Under the pieces are notes generated by a model. The model did not search any database. It was not told the DNA's origin and saw nothing but the letters and a program-made list of their open reading frames with translations. A stretch of DNA of 64,000 nt from Acidimicrobiia bacterium (lineage in GTDB: Bacteria; Actinomycetota; Acidimicrobiia; Spongiisociales; UBA5794): positions 10,583-74,582 of the forward strand of contig JASJAX010000006.1 in NCBI GenBank assembly GCA_030066755.1. The letters run 5' to 3'. Shown here piece after piece: positions 29,710 through 39,909 of the stretch. The translations under genes and the position numbers were made by a program. Positions within the stretch are counted from its first letter, which is position 1; the number at the start of each line of letters is the position of its first letter.

Positions 29710-30744
29710 GTGCGACGAGGCGGTCGGCGACTCCTCAAATCCCCCGGGTTCGTGCCGACGGGTCGGTGGGGGCGGATAGTGAACCGAGCGACATCAGCAC
29801 ATCACAGCGGACGAGACGCCATCATCGTGACAACGGTGGTGTTCGCCGCTGCGATCACCGCGATTGCGCTCGGTGTCGCCGACTGGGCGGTCGCTGCGCT
29901 GCCCTCTGCGAACCCGTCGAACGTATGGGCCATCGTCGGGGCGTGGATGCTGCTTCCTTTCGGGATTGCCTGGTACGCCTGGCGAAGAGTTCGCGAGTCG
30001 AATCGGGCACTCGCCGAACGAGACCAGTTCATGGAGTCCGTCGCCCATCGGCTGCGGACACCGTTGTCGTCGGTGGTCGGCTATTCCCTGCTGTTGCGTG
30101 ACGAGCCCCACGACACGAGGGCTGAGGACCTCCGATGGATGGTCGATGAAGTCGCCACTCGATCCGTCGAGGCCGCCGACCTGCTGGACGACATGCTGGT
30201 GGCCGCCCGACTCGAACACGGTGGGATCGAACTCCTGCCGGCGCCGATCGACCTCTCGGACGAGACGGAGTGGGTGCTGCGCAACTACCTCGGTGACGAG
30301 ACCGTCGAAGTCTCGTACGACGGTCCTCGGCGTTGGGCGCTCGCGGACCCCGTGCGGGTCCGCCAGATTCTCCGGATTCTCCTCGGGAATGCCCGGAGCC
30401 ACGGTGGCAGCACCCTACGGATCCAGATCGACACGACCGGAAGGTCGATCCAGGTGACGGTCGCCGACAACGGTCGCGGGCTGCCGATCGGACGCGAAGA
30501 CGAGATGTTCGATGCGTTCGTGACTGAGGCGGAGCACGACGACTCTCGTTTCCCGATCGGCCTGGGCCTCTCCGTCGCCTCGGTGCTCGCAGCCCGGATG
30601 GGCGGATCATTGCGCTACCGCCGGGAGAAGGCCTGGAGCTGCTTCGACTTCGTGCTCCCGCTCGCGGATGTGTCGTCGATCGCCTACGAGATGGTTCCCC
30701 AGTTGGAGTTCATCGAGCCGCTTCCCACGGCAGTGAACGGCTGA
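29710..30744 (+). CDS. sensor histidine kinase (orphan)
   Basis: Two N-terminal TM helices, an H-box (MESVAHRLRTPL), and N/G boxes (LLGNARSHGG, DNGRGLP, GLGLSVA). No response regulator is adjacent. The start is uncertain. Confidence 0.7.
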   Translation: MRRGGRRLLKSPGFVPTGRWGRIVNRATSAHHSGRDAIIVTTVVFAAAITAIALGVADWAVAALPSANPSNVWAIVGAWMLLPFGIAWYAWRRVRESNRALAERDQFMESVAHRLRTPLSSVVGYSLLLRDEPHDTRAEDLRWMVDEVATRSVEAADLLDDMLVAARLEHGGIELLPAPIDLSDETEWVLRNYLGDETVEVSYDGPRRWALADPVRVRQILRILLGNARSHGGSTLRIQIDTTGRSIQVTVADNGRGLPIGREDEMFDAFVTEAEHDDSRFPIGLGLSVASVLAARMGGSLRYRREKAWSCFDFVLPLADVSSIAYEMVPQLEFIEPLPTAVNG

Positions 30745-30747
30745 CGG

Positions 30748-31410
30748 TCAGGCGTCCTCGACGATCGGCTGCGGTCGAACGGCGTAGATCAACGGGATCG
30801 ATGCGACGGTCACCACCCCTTTGAACGCAATGTTCAGCCAGATGATCTCCCACACCACCGAGGCGGGCACGACACCGGCGAACGCGATCACGGCGAACAG
30901 CACCGAATCGATCGGCAGGGCAACGCCGTTCGAGGCGAGGACCCGGCCCCATTGGTTTCGACTGCCGAAGCGCCGCACCCACGCCGAGTAGATCTCGGTG
31001 TCGATGAGCTCGGAGATGACCTCGGCGATGATCGAGGCGAACACGATGCGCCACACAGGTGCGAGCACGTCCCCGAAGAGGTCGGACGCAGCACCTCCGT
31101 CGGCAATACCGGGCATCCGGGCCAGGGCCCAGAAGAGGGCAGCCATGAAGAGGTTCACGGCGGCGGCACCGACGATGATTGCCCGGGCCACACGTTTGCC
31201 CGCCACCTTGTGGATCAGGTCGCGCAGGGTGAAGGTGATCGGATAGATGAACGTCCCGCCATCGAGTGCCTTGCCGAACACCTCGACGAGGCGGATGCTC
31301 GACACGTCCGACAGGACCTGTACGGCGACATAGGTCGCCGCAAGCAACGCGATCACGATCGCAGCGTGCGCGCTGACTCGCGTCTCGGTCGACGGTGGGG
31401 AGGAGGTCAC
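30748..31410 (-). CDS. queuosine-precursor transporter YhhQ family (Vut_1/DUF165)
   Basis: Polytopic. IYPITFTLRDLIHKVAGK matches the YhhQ family motif. The start is GTG. Confidence 0.65.
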   Translation of the reverse strand: MTSSPPSTETRVSAHAAIVIALLAATYVAVQVLSDVSSIRLVEVFGKALDGGTFIYPITFTLRDLIHKVAGKRVARAIIVGAAAVNLFMAALFWALARMPGIADGGAASDLFGDVLAPVWRIVFASIIAEVISELIDTEIYSAWVRRFGSRNQWGRVLASNGVALPIDSVLFAVIAFAGVVPASVVWEIIWLNIAFKGVVTVASIPLIYAVRPQPIVEDA

Positions 31411-31433
31411 GGGACGGCAGGGTAGCGGCGCCG

Positions 31434-32033
31434 TCAGCTCGCATTCGTGGCGCGAGCGACGACGCGGTCATAGACCGATCGTTCATGGACACCCGTGAAG
31501 ACGACGCCGTCGCCGACATGCCATCCGGGAGTGTTGCCGATCCCGAGATCGAGCGCCCGCTGGTGATGATGGGTCGCTTCCTGGAGTCCGGAGCCTTCGG
31601 CGAGTGCGGCGGCCGCACCGTCGCTGTCGATGCCCACCTCACGGGCGATCCGGAGGAGCACGGTCGGTTCTCCGAGATCGGCGCCCTCGGCCCAATAGGC
31701 GTGATAGAGCGCTTCGTGAAGGTCGGGCCAGTTGGGCTGGTCTGCCGCCCACACCGACAGACCGAGCGCTCGTCGTGTGTTGGACCACGTGACTCGTCGA
31801 ACGACGGGGAGTCCGGCGGCCTTCAGTTCGTCTCGCAACCACCGTGCCGCCCCGCTGCTCCGCCGAAGGTTCGGCGCCGGGCCACCTTCGGGCGGGATCT
31901 CGGGATGCAGCTCGAATGGGCGCCAGACCATCGTTGCCCCATGCTGCTCTCTCAGGTAGCGGACGCGGTCCTGGGCGAGGTAGCACCAGGGACAGAGGTA
32001 GTCGGCCCAGTACTCGATCGTGAGATCCGCCAT
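31434..32033 (-). CDS. DsbA family oxidoreductase (FrnE-like thioredoxin-fold)
   Basis: IEYWADYLCPWCY shows a CPWC active site in a DsbA-like context. Confidence 0.75.
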   Translation of the reverse strand: MADLTIEYWADYLCPWCYLAQDRVRYLREQHGATMVWRPFELHPEIPPEGGPAPNLRRSSGAARWLRDELKAAGLPVVRRVTWSNTRRALGLSVWAADQPNWPDLHEALYHAYWAEGADLGEPTVLLRIAREVGIDSDGAAAALAEGSGLQEATHHHQRALDLGIGNTPGWHVGDGVVFTGVHERSVYDRVVARATNAS

Positions 32034-32046
32034 CCGTTGGTCCCGC

Positions 32047-32433
32047 CTAGCCGCTGACTCGTTCGATCTGGACCGTCACGTCGAGCCGGACCTGGCCCGG
32101 CGGGATCCCGGCAAAGCGGGGTTCATCCAGGTACTTCTGGGCCATGCGGTCGATGAGGCCGGTCCCGTTGGGCTCGATCGAGGTGACGCGCCCCTGCAAC
32201 GTGATGTTGCGGTAGGGGTCGTCCGGCGGGCTGAACGACAGGGCAACCCGAGGATCGTTGCGCATGTTGCGGGGCTTGGCCCGGCCCTCCGCCGTCCCGA
32301 ACTGAACCGTGTCGCCGACGCGGTCCACCCAGATCATCGATACCTGCGGCGAGCCATCGGGGTTGGTCGTGGCGAGATGGACGAAGACGGGATCATCGAG
32401 CATGGCAGCCACGTCGTCGGGGATGATGGGCAT
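32047..32433 (-). CDS. pyridoxamine 5'-phosphate oxidase family protein (F420-dependent class)
   Basis: About 128 aa. Pattern VFVHLATTNPDGSPQVSMIWV...RVALSF. Confidence 0.55.
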   Translation of the reverse strand: MPIIPDDVAAMLDDPVFVHLATTNPDGSPQVSMIWVDRVGDTVQFGTAEGRAKPRNMRNDPRVALSFSPPDDPYRNITLQGRVTSIEPNGTGLIDRMAQKYLDEPRFAGIPPGQVRLDVTVQIERVSG

Positions 32434-32510
32434 GCCGGGACGATACCCGGCCGTGGAGAGCGGTCCGCCGGAGCCGGCTCCGTACACTGGGCGGGCGACG
32501 GAGGAGGGTC

Positions 32511-33290
32511 ATGGATACCGGTCTTGCAGGCAAGGGTGTGCTCGTCACGGGTGGGGCAGGAGGCATCGGGTCGGCCGTCACTCGAGCGTTTGCGGCCGAA
32601 GGGGCTCGGGTCGCCGTGCACTACCGATCCTCGCGCGACGCCGCCGTCGCCCTCGCTGAAGAGGTGAGCGGCGTCGCTCTCGAGGCCGATCTTCGCAATG
32701 AGCGAGACGCCGACCGGCTGGTGCCGCGAGCGATCGATGCGCTCGGCCGTCTCGACGTGTGCGTTGCGAACGCCGGTGTCTGGCCCACGGATGACGCACC
32801 GGTCTGGTCGATGTCGCTCGACCGGTGGCGAGCGACGCTCGACAGCAACCTAACGGCAACGTTCCTGACCGCACGGTCGTTCCTCCGCCATGTCGCCGCA
32901 ACCAAGACCGGATCCTTGGTCATGATCGGATCGACGGCGGGTTCATTCGGCGAGGCCGGTCATGCCGACTACGCCGCAGCAAAGGGCGCCATCATGACCG
33001 GATTGCTCTTGTCGCTGAAGAACGAGGCGACGCGGATCGGACCCGGTGTGCGGGTCAACGTCGTCGCTCCCGGGTGGACCGTGACCCCGATGATTGCCGC
33101 CAAGGGTCTCGACGATGCGCAGGTAGAGCGGATCACTGCGACGATGTCCCTGAAGAAGCTCGGTCGTCCCAAGGACGTCGCCGCCCAAGTCGTGATGCTC
33201 TCGTCTGACGAGCTCTCGGGCCACATCTCGGGTCAGGTCGTCACGGTGGCCGGCGGCATGGAAGGCCGCATCATCGACGGAGCGACGTGA
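32511..33290 (+). CDS. SDR family oxidoreductase
   Basis: TGGAGGIGSA glycine loop, NAG, and the YxxxK catalytic motif (YAAAK). Confidence 0.85.
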   Translation: MDTGLAGKGVLVTGGAGGIGSAVTRAFAAEGARVAVHYRSSRDAAVALAEEVSGVALEADLRNERDADRLVPRAIDALGRLDVCVANAGVWPTDDAPVWSMSLDRWRATLDSNLTATFLTARSFLRHVAATKTGSLVMIGSTAGSFGEAGHADYAAAKGAIMTGLLLSLKNEATRIGPGVRVNVVAPGWTVTPMIAAKGLDDAQVERITATMSLKKLGRPKDVAAQVVMLSSDELSGHISGQVVTVAGGMEGRIIDGAT

Positions 33291-33296
33291 GCGTCG

Positions 33297-33987
33297 TCAG
33301 CCGAGCTTTGTCGCAAACCGAGCGAACGCCGCTGATGCGCCCGAGGTGATTGGGTCGGAGTGCCCGAAGCACGCCATCTCGAAATCGAACTCCGCGATGT
33401 GTCGCAGGCTGGCGTCGAACGTCGGCTCGATCCGATTCATCCAGCCGCGGGTGATCTCGCCCTTCTTCGCAACTGCTGCGTCGCCGACGAACAGCAGCCC
33501 GTCCCCCCGGTCGAGCCGGAAACACACGTGCCCCGGTGTATGGCCCGGAGTGTCGATGACCTGCAGGTCCTCGGGGAGCCGCCCGTCGATGCCTTCGCCG
33601 ATCACGTGTTCCACCACCACCGGGGCGGGGCCGGGTAGGAGACGCATGATCGGTTTGAGAAACGGGAAGCGATCGGCGATCGGAGGTGGTGGCGGCTTCA
33701 CCTCGCCGCGGACGGCCGCGACGTCGCCGGCCGACACGTAGACGACGGCACCCGAGGCGTCCTTGATCGCTGCAGCGCTTCCCGAGTGATCGGCATGCGA
33801 GTGGGTCAGCACGATGGCCGCGACGTCCGAGAGTGATCGTCCGATCTGACCAAGGGCCTTGGCGACGCTGCCCTCTCGCTTGGGGAGGAGCGTGTCGACG
33901 AGGGTCACGCCTTCGTCGCCGTCGATGATGTACGCGTTCACGTACCCGGCCGAGATCCGGTGTACACCGGGGATGATCGTGTCCATG
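33297..33987 (-). CDS. MBL fold metallo-hydrolase
   Basis: HSHADH (HxHxDH) motif, a later His residue, and a length of 230 aa. Confidence 0.75.
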
Positions 33988-34020
33988 TCCGCAACGTAGC
34001 CGACGCTGCCCCTCGGTGCC

Positions 34021-34872
34021 TCAGTCCGGCGACAGCCGGCTGATGCGCATGATGACGTCGCTGCGGAAGTTCTCGATGGCGTCCGTGACCACGTCGATCG
34101 GGCTGAGGTCACGATCGCGAATCAGCGGTGTCAGATCCATGGCCAACGTGACGCTTTGAGACTCGTCGATACGGTGGCTGTGGCCAAAGGTGGCGTGCGC
34201 ACGGCGTCGACCGATCGTCGCAGTGTCGAATCGCTTTGCCACGAGCTGCGACTCGTACATACCCAGCATCTCGAGGAGGTGCTCCTCGCCGATGTCGTCC
34301 GAGAGCAGCACCTTTTGCGTTCCGGTGAGCCAATCGAGGTCTCGCCACACCTCGCAGCCGTAGACGCGATCGGGCGTGCGATCGGCCGGGAGAGAGCGGA
34401 TCGCTTCGATGGTGCGGAGGGCCACTGCAACGTGAGTGTCGTGGGCATCGGCCAGGCTGTGGGTGTAGACGACGGCCGGATTGGTTGCATCGATGAGCTT
34501 GGCCAGGTCCTCGGTGGTGGCCGGCGTACTCGGAGTCTGGACCTGCTCCGATGTGTAGTCCAGGAGGACGGCAGCGCTGTAGCCACCGAGTTCGGCGGCG
34601 CGCTGCTCCTCGTCGATCCGAACGGCTCGCATCTCCGTGTCGGGTATCCCGCCGTATCGGCCGGAACGCAGACCGCCGGTGCCGTCGGTCACCGTGATGC
34701 CGAGGAACCACTGATCGTCCCGCCCGAGGCATTCTGCGATCCCGTGATACGCCATGATCGGCAGGTCGTCGGGATGGGCGCCGATGCCGACATGGGTCGT
34801 GCGGCGCAATGCGTCGGTGAACCCCACCTGGTCCGGGACGAACACCGTGGCGTCTTGGTTGTGGAACTCCAT
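34021..34872 (-). CDS. PIG-L family deacetylase (LmbE-like)
   Basis: VGIGAHPDDL shows the AHPDD motif. Length is 284 aa. Confidence 0.7.
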   Translation of the reverse strand: MEFHNQDATVFVPDQVGFTDALRRTTHVGIGAHPDDLPIMAYHGIAECLGRDDQWFLGITVTDGTGGLRSGRYGGIPDTEMRAVRIDEEQRAAELGGYSAAVLLDYTSEQVQTPSTPATTEDLAKLIDATNPAVVYTHSLADAHDTHVAVALRTIEAIRSLPADRTPDRVYGCEVWRDLDWLTGTQKVLLSDDIGEEHLLEMLGMYESQLVAKRFDTATIGRRRAHATFGHSHRIDESQSVTLAMDLTPLIRDRDLSPIDVVTDAIENFRSDVIMRISRLSPD

Positions 34873-34882
34873 CGGTGACAGG

Positions 34883-36265
34883 CTACGGGGTCCGGCACCG
34901 CAGGATCGCCGCGACGCTCTCGTCGACGTCCTGCTCGGTGGTTGCCCAGTTCGACACGGAGATCCGCATCGCCGCCTTGCCACGGAACGTCGTCCCGCCG
35001 GCCCAGCAGGTGCCGTCCCGCTGAACCCGGTCGATCACCATCCACGTGTACGCATCGGAATCCTCGGTCGACACGAACCGGACCAACACCTGGTTGAGCA
35101 CCACGTCGTTGAGGATCTCGATGTCGTCGACGGCACCGAGCCGGTCGGCGAATCGGCGGGCGAGCCGGCAACATCGGTCGATCATCTCGTCGATACCCGA
35201 CCTCCCGAGTGACCGAATCGCTGCATACGTGGGGACCCCCCGGGCACGACGTGACGCATCGGGACCCCAGTTCATCGGGTCGCGTCTCGCATCGTCCTGG
35301 GAGACGAGATACGGCGCCAGCTGGGTCATGGCGGCCGCATGAGCCTCCGGATCTGCGGTGATGGCGTACCCGGTGTCGTAGGGGACGTTGAGCCACTTGT
35401 GTCCGTCGACACTCCACGAGTCGGCCCGGTCGACGCCTTCGGCGAGATGTCGCCGGTCGGCGCAGGCTCGCGCCCACAGTCCGAATGCTCCGTCGACGTG
35501 GACCCACCCGCCGCGTGCATGCGCTGCGTCAACGATCGGGCCAAACGGGTCAAAGGCGCCCGTGTTGACTTCACCGGCTTGGGCGCAGACGATCAGCGGG
35601 CCGTCGACGTCGTCGAGCACCGCACCGAGCGCCTCGGGGATCATTCGGCCCTGTTCGTCGGAATCGACGGTGCGCAGCGTCTGATCGCCGAAGCCGAGGA
35701 AGCGGAGGGCGCGGTCGATGGTGCTGTGTCGGGAGGAACCGACGACGACGGTGACGTGTGGAGCGCCGAGCAGGCCGTGCGCCTCGACGTCCCAGCCGAC
35801 GTCCGCCAAGACGCGGTGGCGAGCCGCCGCCAGGCACGTCCAGTTGGCCATCTGGGCTCCGGTGACGAAACCCACGCCGGCGTTCGGGGGGAGTCCGAGG
35901 AGATCCAGCAGCCACGACGCGGCGATGTTCTGTGCAGTGATGGCCGCCGGCGACATCGGCCACAGCGCCGTGTTCTGATCCCAGGCAGTCGCCATCCAAT
36001 CGGCCGCCATCGCAGCCGGAACGGAGCCGCCGGTTACAAACCCGAAGTACCTCGGCCCGCTGCTGGCGACGAGTCCCGGTTCCGCTTCGACGGCGAGATC
36101 GTGGACCACGGTCGCCGGATCGACGGGCCGTTCGGGGAGCACACGATCGATGGGCAACTCGGTGTCGGGGGCGTCCGGAGCAACCGCCCGGTCGCCGAGA
36201 CCCGTCAGGTACTCAACCGCTGCACGGTGGGCGGCGTCGAGCGCCCGCTGAACCTCGTCACTCAC
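34883..36265 (-). CDS. pyridoxal-dependent decarboxylase (group II, DABA/aromatic amino-acid decarboxylase-like)
   Basis: SWSVDGHKWLNVPYD contains the PLP-Lys motif DxHKW. The GTG start overlaps the stop of the next gene by 4 nt. Confidence 0.8.
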   Translation of the reverse strand: MSDEVQRALDAAHRAAVEYLTGLGDRAVAPDAPDTELPIDRVLPERPVDPATVVHDLAVEAEPGLVASSGPRYFGFVTGGSVPAAMAADWMATAWDQNTALWPMSPAAITAQNIAASWLLDLLGLPPNAGVGFVTGAQMANWTCLAAARHRVLADVGWDVEAHGLLGAPHVTVVVGSSRHSTIDRALRFLGFGDQTLRTVDSDEQGRMIPEALGAVLDDVDGPLIVCAQAGEVNTGAFDPFGPIVDAAHARGGWVHVDGAFGLWARACADRRHLAEGVDRADSWSVDGHKWLNVPYDTGYAITADPEAHAAAMTQLAPYLVSQDDARRDPMNWGPDASRRARGVPTYAAIRSLGRSGIDEMIDRCCRLARRFADRLGAVDDIEILNDVVLNQVLVRFVSTEDSDAYTWMVIDRVQRDGTCWAGGTTFRGKAAMRISVSNWATTEQDVDESVAAILRCRTP

Positions 36266-36621
36266 GATCGAAAGCGGAATAGCACGTTGACGATCTGCCA
36301 GCCGTCGGTTCCCTTGACGAGATGGAGGAGGTCGATGTACTCGGGAGACACGACTCGGGCGGTTGCGATCTCGTCGGAGACGTCGTAGACCGTGACGACG
36401 AACTCGGCGCTCGGGTCCTCGCCCCCGCCCTCCTTCGTGAGCTCGACCATTCGGTCCTTCGTCACCTCTCGGAGCGAGCCGTAGCCCTCCGGGTCCGTGA
36501 GGATCCGCTTGACCAGGTCTGCGTGTAGTGCACGATCGATCCGCGCCACGTCGCCGCGATACCAACCCTCGACATAGTCCCCAGCAACCGCCTCGATCGC
36601 CGCAATGTCCGCCGAATCCAT
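36262..36621 (-). CDS. NTF2-like (SnoaL/DUF4440-like) domain protein
   Basis: About 120 aa. Pattern DIAAIEAVAGDYVEGWYRGD...W. Confidence 0.45.
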   Translation of the reverse strand: MDSADIAAIEAVAGDYVEGWYRGDVARIDRALHADLVKRILTDPEGYGSLREVTKDRMVELTKEGGGEDPSAEFVVTVYDVSDEIATARVVSPEYIDLLHLVKGTDGWQIVNVLFRFRS

Positions 36622-36712
36622 CCGTCCCTCCCTCAACTCGGGTTCGCGCCGAGTTTGGGCTCGCCCAAACTCGGACGTGATGCCTGCGGCATCACTCCTG
36701 GCGACTGGCTAC

Positions 36713-37153
36713 TCACTGAACACAGAACTCGTTGTTCTCGGGATCGAGCATGACGATCCAGAACTCGTCTCGATCGGGGTACTCATGGATCTCGACCTCG
36801 GTCGCTCCCTCCGCGATGAGCTCCTTCGATACTGCGGTCACGTTCGCCTTGCGCTCCTCGCGCGGCGTGCCGCGGCCACCTCCGACGTTCACGTCCATGT
36901 GGACGCGGTTCTTGGCCGTCTTTCCCTCCGGGACTCGCTGAAAGAAGATCCGCGGTCCGACCCCGTCCGGATCGACCAGGGCGCGGGCATCGTTCCAGTT
37001 CTCCTCGGGTATTCCCATGGAGCGTGCCCAATCATCCCAGTGGTCGAAGCCTTCCGGTGGTGGCTGAATCACATAGCCCAACGCCGAGCCCCAGAAGTCG
37101 GCCAGCTTTGCCGGGTCGTTTGCGTCGAACGTGACCTGGAACGAGTTCGCCAT
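36713..37153 (-). CDS. VOC/glyoxalase-like domain protein
   Basis: 146 aa. Pattern VTFDANDPAKLADFWGSALGY ... EFWIVMLDPENNEFCV. Confidence 0.55.
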   Translation of the reverse strand: MANSFQVTFDANDPAKLADFWGSALGYVIQPPPEGFDHWDDWARSMGIPEENWNDARALVDPDGVGPRIFFQRVPEGKTAKNRVHMDVNVGGGRGTPREERKANVTAVSKELIAEGATEVEIHEYPDRDEFWIVMLDPENNEFCVQ

Positions 37154-37268
37154 TCCGCCTCCTTCCCTCGTGACGCTACTCGGTCGGGCCGACCGAGAAC
37201 TTCCCGCACCGGCTTCCCTACACTTGCGGCGGCGTTCACCGGGCCGGCGCTGATCAAGGGGGAATGGA

Positions 37269-38660
37269 ATGCCGAGGCAACACGCAATCGCTCGACGCGT
37301 CTTCGTTGCGCTGCTCGCGATCTCGGCGGTCGTGCCGGCGACTGCCGCACAGGGGCAAGCGGGGGGCCAGGAGTGTCCGACCGTTGGGGCCTACACCGTC
37401 ACCGGAGAGGTCACGAACCCGGCGCTCACCGAGACGTCGGGGATCGCCGCTTCGCGCACCCAGCCCGGCATCTTCTGGATCCACAACGATTCCGGCAACA
37501 GCAACGACCTGTATGCGATCAATGAGGACGGCGACATCCTGATGCAGGTCGGCCTGGCCAACATCGACAACTTCGACTTCGAGGACATCGCCGTCGGACC
37601 GGGCCCGGACGCCGACTCTGACTACATCTACGTCGCCGATGTGGGCAACAACCTCTTCGTCCGCGAGGTCGTCTACATCTATCGCATCAAGGAGCCAAAG
37701 GTCACGAGCGGCATCCTCAACCTTCCGCTCTCGGCGATCGAACGGTTCGACTTCTCCCATCAGAACCCCAGCGGAGGAATCTGGAACCGCAACGGCGAGG
37801 CCCTGGCCGTGGATCCCGTGCTCGGGGACCTAGTACTGATCGAGAAGCACCTCGAGACGGTGGACGGCATTCCGAACTCGAGCTGGGTCTACCGGATTCG
37901 GCAGAGCGAGCTGGTCGAAGGAGAGGTGATCCTCGCCAAGCCCATCGTCGCGATTCGGGGCCGGTACAACAGTGGCACGATCCCTCCGACGGCAGCCGAA
38001 TTCAGCGCCGATGGGAAGGTCCTGGTCGCCAAGAACCACAACGAGATGTTCACGTGGTCGCGGGACGCCGACCAGTCGATCTTCGATGCCATGGCGGAGC
38101 ACCGCGAGACCGACTGCCTCTACCAAGGCTCGGGCGGCGAAGCGATCACGGTGGCGACCGATGGGTCCGCCTTCTATTCGATCCCAGAAGGATCCACCCC
38201 CGATATCACCCGGATCGAAGCGTCACTCCCGGATCCCGGAACGACCTGCAAGGGCGTGATGGTGAACATCAAGGGCACCGGGGGCGACGACACACTCATC
38301 GGCACGAGTCAGCGCGACGTGATCCACGGGCGCGCCGGCAACGACACCATCAAGGCCCGCGGCGGGTCCGACCTCATTTGTGGTGGCTCCGGCAACGATC
38401 TCATCATCGCCAAGGGCGGCGGTGACCGGGTCTACGCCGGCTCGGGCGCCGACGAGATCCGTGGCGGCGACGGTGTCGATCTACTGCGTGGCGACCTCGG
38501 GCCCGATCGGCTGTTTGGCCAGAACGGGGACGACGAGCTGTTCGGTAACTCCGGGGTGGACGAGCTGTGGGGCGGCGCCGGGTTCGACACGCTGAACGGC
38601 GGGCCGGCGGACGACATCTGTCGCATTGGCGCCGGCGGCGGCACGAAGAAGAAGTGCTGA
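37269..38660 (+). CDS. secreted protein with C-terminal RTX-type calcium-binding nonapeptide repeats
   Basis: Has a signal peptide. The N-terminal domain is propeller/phytase-like (TETSGIAASRTQPGIFWIHNDSGN). The C-terminal region has GGxGxDxL-type repeats (GGDDTLIG, GNDTIKARGGSDLICGGSGNDLI, GGDGVDLL, and others). Confidence 0.7.
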   Translation: MPRQHAIARRVFVALLAISAVVPATAAQGQAGGQECPTVGAYTVTGEVTNPALTETSGIAASRTQPGIFWIHNDSGNSNDLYAINEDGDILMQVGLANIDNFDFEDIAVGPGPDADSDYIYVADVGNNLFVREVVYIYRIKEPKVTSGILNLPLSAIERFDFSHQNPSGGIWNRNGEALAVDPVLGDLVLIEKHLETVDGIPNSSWVYRIRQSELVEGEVILAKPIVAIRGRYNSGTIPPTAAEFSADGKVLVAKNHNEMFTWSRDADQSIFDAMAEHRETDCLYQGSGGEAITVATDGSAFYSIPEGSTPDITRIEASLPDPGTTCKGVMVNIKGTGGDDTLIGTSQRDVIHGRAGNDTIKARGGSDLICGGSGNDLIIAKGGGDRVYAGSGADEIRGGDGVDLLRGDLGPDRLFGQNGDDELFGNSGVDELWGGAGFDTLNGGPADDICRIGAGGGTKKKC

Positions 38661-38806
38661 TGCGGGCCGGCCTTGCCGGTCCGTTGGCAGGTCCCTCCGG
38701 GAACTGCTGCCGCCTTGGCGGTCGCCCGTGGCGCAGAATCGATTGCCGGGGGCGCGGAGGTCCTTGTGGGTAGGCTCAGCCGCGGATCGAACTGAAGGAG
38801 TGGGCT

Positions 38807-39148
38807 GTGGCAGGCGTCGTCATCATCTACCTCGCCATCCTCGTGGTGGTCATCGCAGGGATCTGGAAGGCTTTCGAGAAAGCCGGCGCACCGGGGTGGG
38901 CGGCGATCATTCCGATCTACAACTACTACGTGATGGTGAAGATGGCCGGCAAAGAGGGCTGGTGGGTCATCCTGCTCTTCATCCCGCTCGTCAACCTGAT
39001 CGTGATCTTCATTGTGTCGATCGAGATCGCACGGAACTTCGGCAAGAGCACCGGGTTCGGTGTCGGCATGGTGTTCCTGAGCTTCGTCTTCTGGCCGATC
39101 CTCGGCTTCGGCGACGCCGAGTGGGAAGTGGAACCGCTCAACGTGTGA
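38807..39148 (+). CDS. small membrane protein (DUF5684-like)
   Basis: 113 aa with three TM helices and an IPIYNYYVMV motif. The GTG start is preceded by the SD AAGGAG at 38794-38799. Confidence 0.5.
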   Translation: MAGVVIIYLAILVVVIAGIWKAFEKAGAPGWAAIIPIYNYYVMVKMAGKEGWWVILLFIPLVNLIVIFIVSIEIARNFGKSTGFGVGMVFLSFVFWPILGFGDAEWEVEPLNV

Positions 39149-39158
39149 CCACCGACGG

Positions 39159-39176
39159 GGTACTGAGTACCTCGGG
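39159..39176. repeat. degenerate heptamers (GTACTGA)(GTACCTC)
   Basis: Weak copy of the AGTACT family after the small membrane protein gene. Confidence 0.4.
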
Positions 39177-39182
39177 ACCCAG

Positions 39183-39896
39183 GTGAGTGGATTGGACGAC
39201 TGGATCCACGCTCCGAACATCACGAGCGATCCAGCGACCTATGAGCTCGAGAACGAAGCCCTGTTGCGGGATGGGCGACTCGACGAGGCGCTCTATTCGA
39301 TCGCACCGTGGGATGGCCGAACCCTGATCGATGTGGGCTGCGGCACCGGATTCTGGCTGCCGATCTACTCCCGCAAAGCTGAGAGCGTCATCGGGGTGGA
39401 GCCCGACCCGACTCTGCTCGCATTGGCTTCGGCCCGCAGCTTGGCCGCGAACGTCGATGTCCGGCAGGGATCAGCGGAGCACCTCCCGGTCGCTGATGGC
39501 ACTGCCCATATCGTTCACGCCCGCTTTGCCTATTTCTTCGGGCCTTGGGCGGACCCAGGGCTTCGGGAGGTAGCGAGGGTCTTGACGCCGGATGGTGTCC
39601 TTCTGGCAGTCGACAACAGCTCGAGCGGCGGAGACTTCGCACGACTGTTGCAGGCCGAGGACGATGGCGATCCACCACTCGATCCGAGCGATACTGACCG
39701 GTGGTGGGCTGATCGGGGAGCACGACGCCATGAGGTTGTTGGAGGCTGGCAGGCATCGAGCACCCAAGAGCTCGAGCGCATCCTCCGGATCGAGTTCTCT
39801 GATCGGGTCGTCGACGACTTCATGGCTGGCCACACATCGCCGTCATTGAGCTACCAGTTCGCCGTCTACGAATGGCGCCCACACCGGCAACCCTGA
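39183..39896 (+). CDS. class I SAM-dependent methyltransferase
   Basis: Motif I LIDVGCGTGFWL. Motif post-I VIGVEPD. Confidence 0.75.
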   Translation: MSGLDDWIHAPNITSDPATYELENEALLRDGRLDEALYSIAPWDGRTLIDVGCGTGFWLPIYSRKAESVIGVEPDPTLLALASARSLAANVDVRQGSAEHLPVADGTAHIVHARFAYFFGPWADPGLREVARVLTPDGVLLAVDNSSSGGDFARLLQAEDDGDPPLDPSDTDRWWADRGARRHEVVGGWQASSTQELERILRIEFSDRVVDDFMAGHTSPSLSYQFAVYEWRPHRQP

Positions 39897-39909
39897 CCGT
39901 TGACGACGA

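Noticed and set aside
31411-31433. preQ1 riboswitch upstream of the yhhQ-like transporter
   Set aside because: Only 23 nt separate yhhQ from the upstream gene. There is no A-rich tail or pseudoknot-compatible sequence.
36605-37525. + ORF 36605..37525 (306 aa) and similar long Arg/Pro-rich ORFs (e.g. 4328..5374 -, 5793..6785 -, 28414..29694 +)
   Set aside because: GC-rich shadow frames opposite or overlapping well-supported genes. They contain no conserved motifs.
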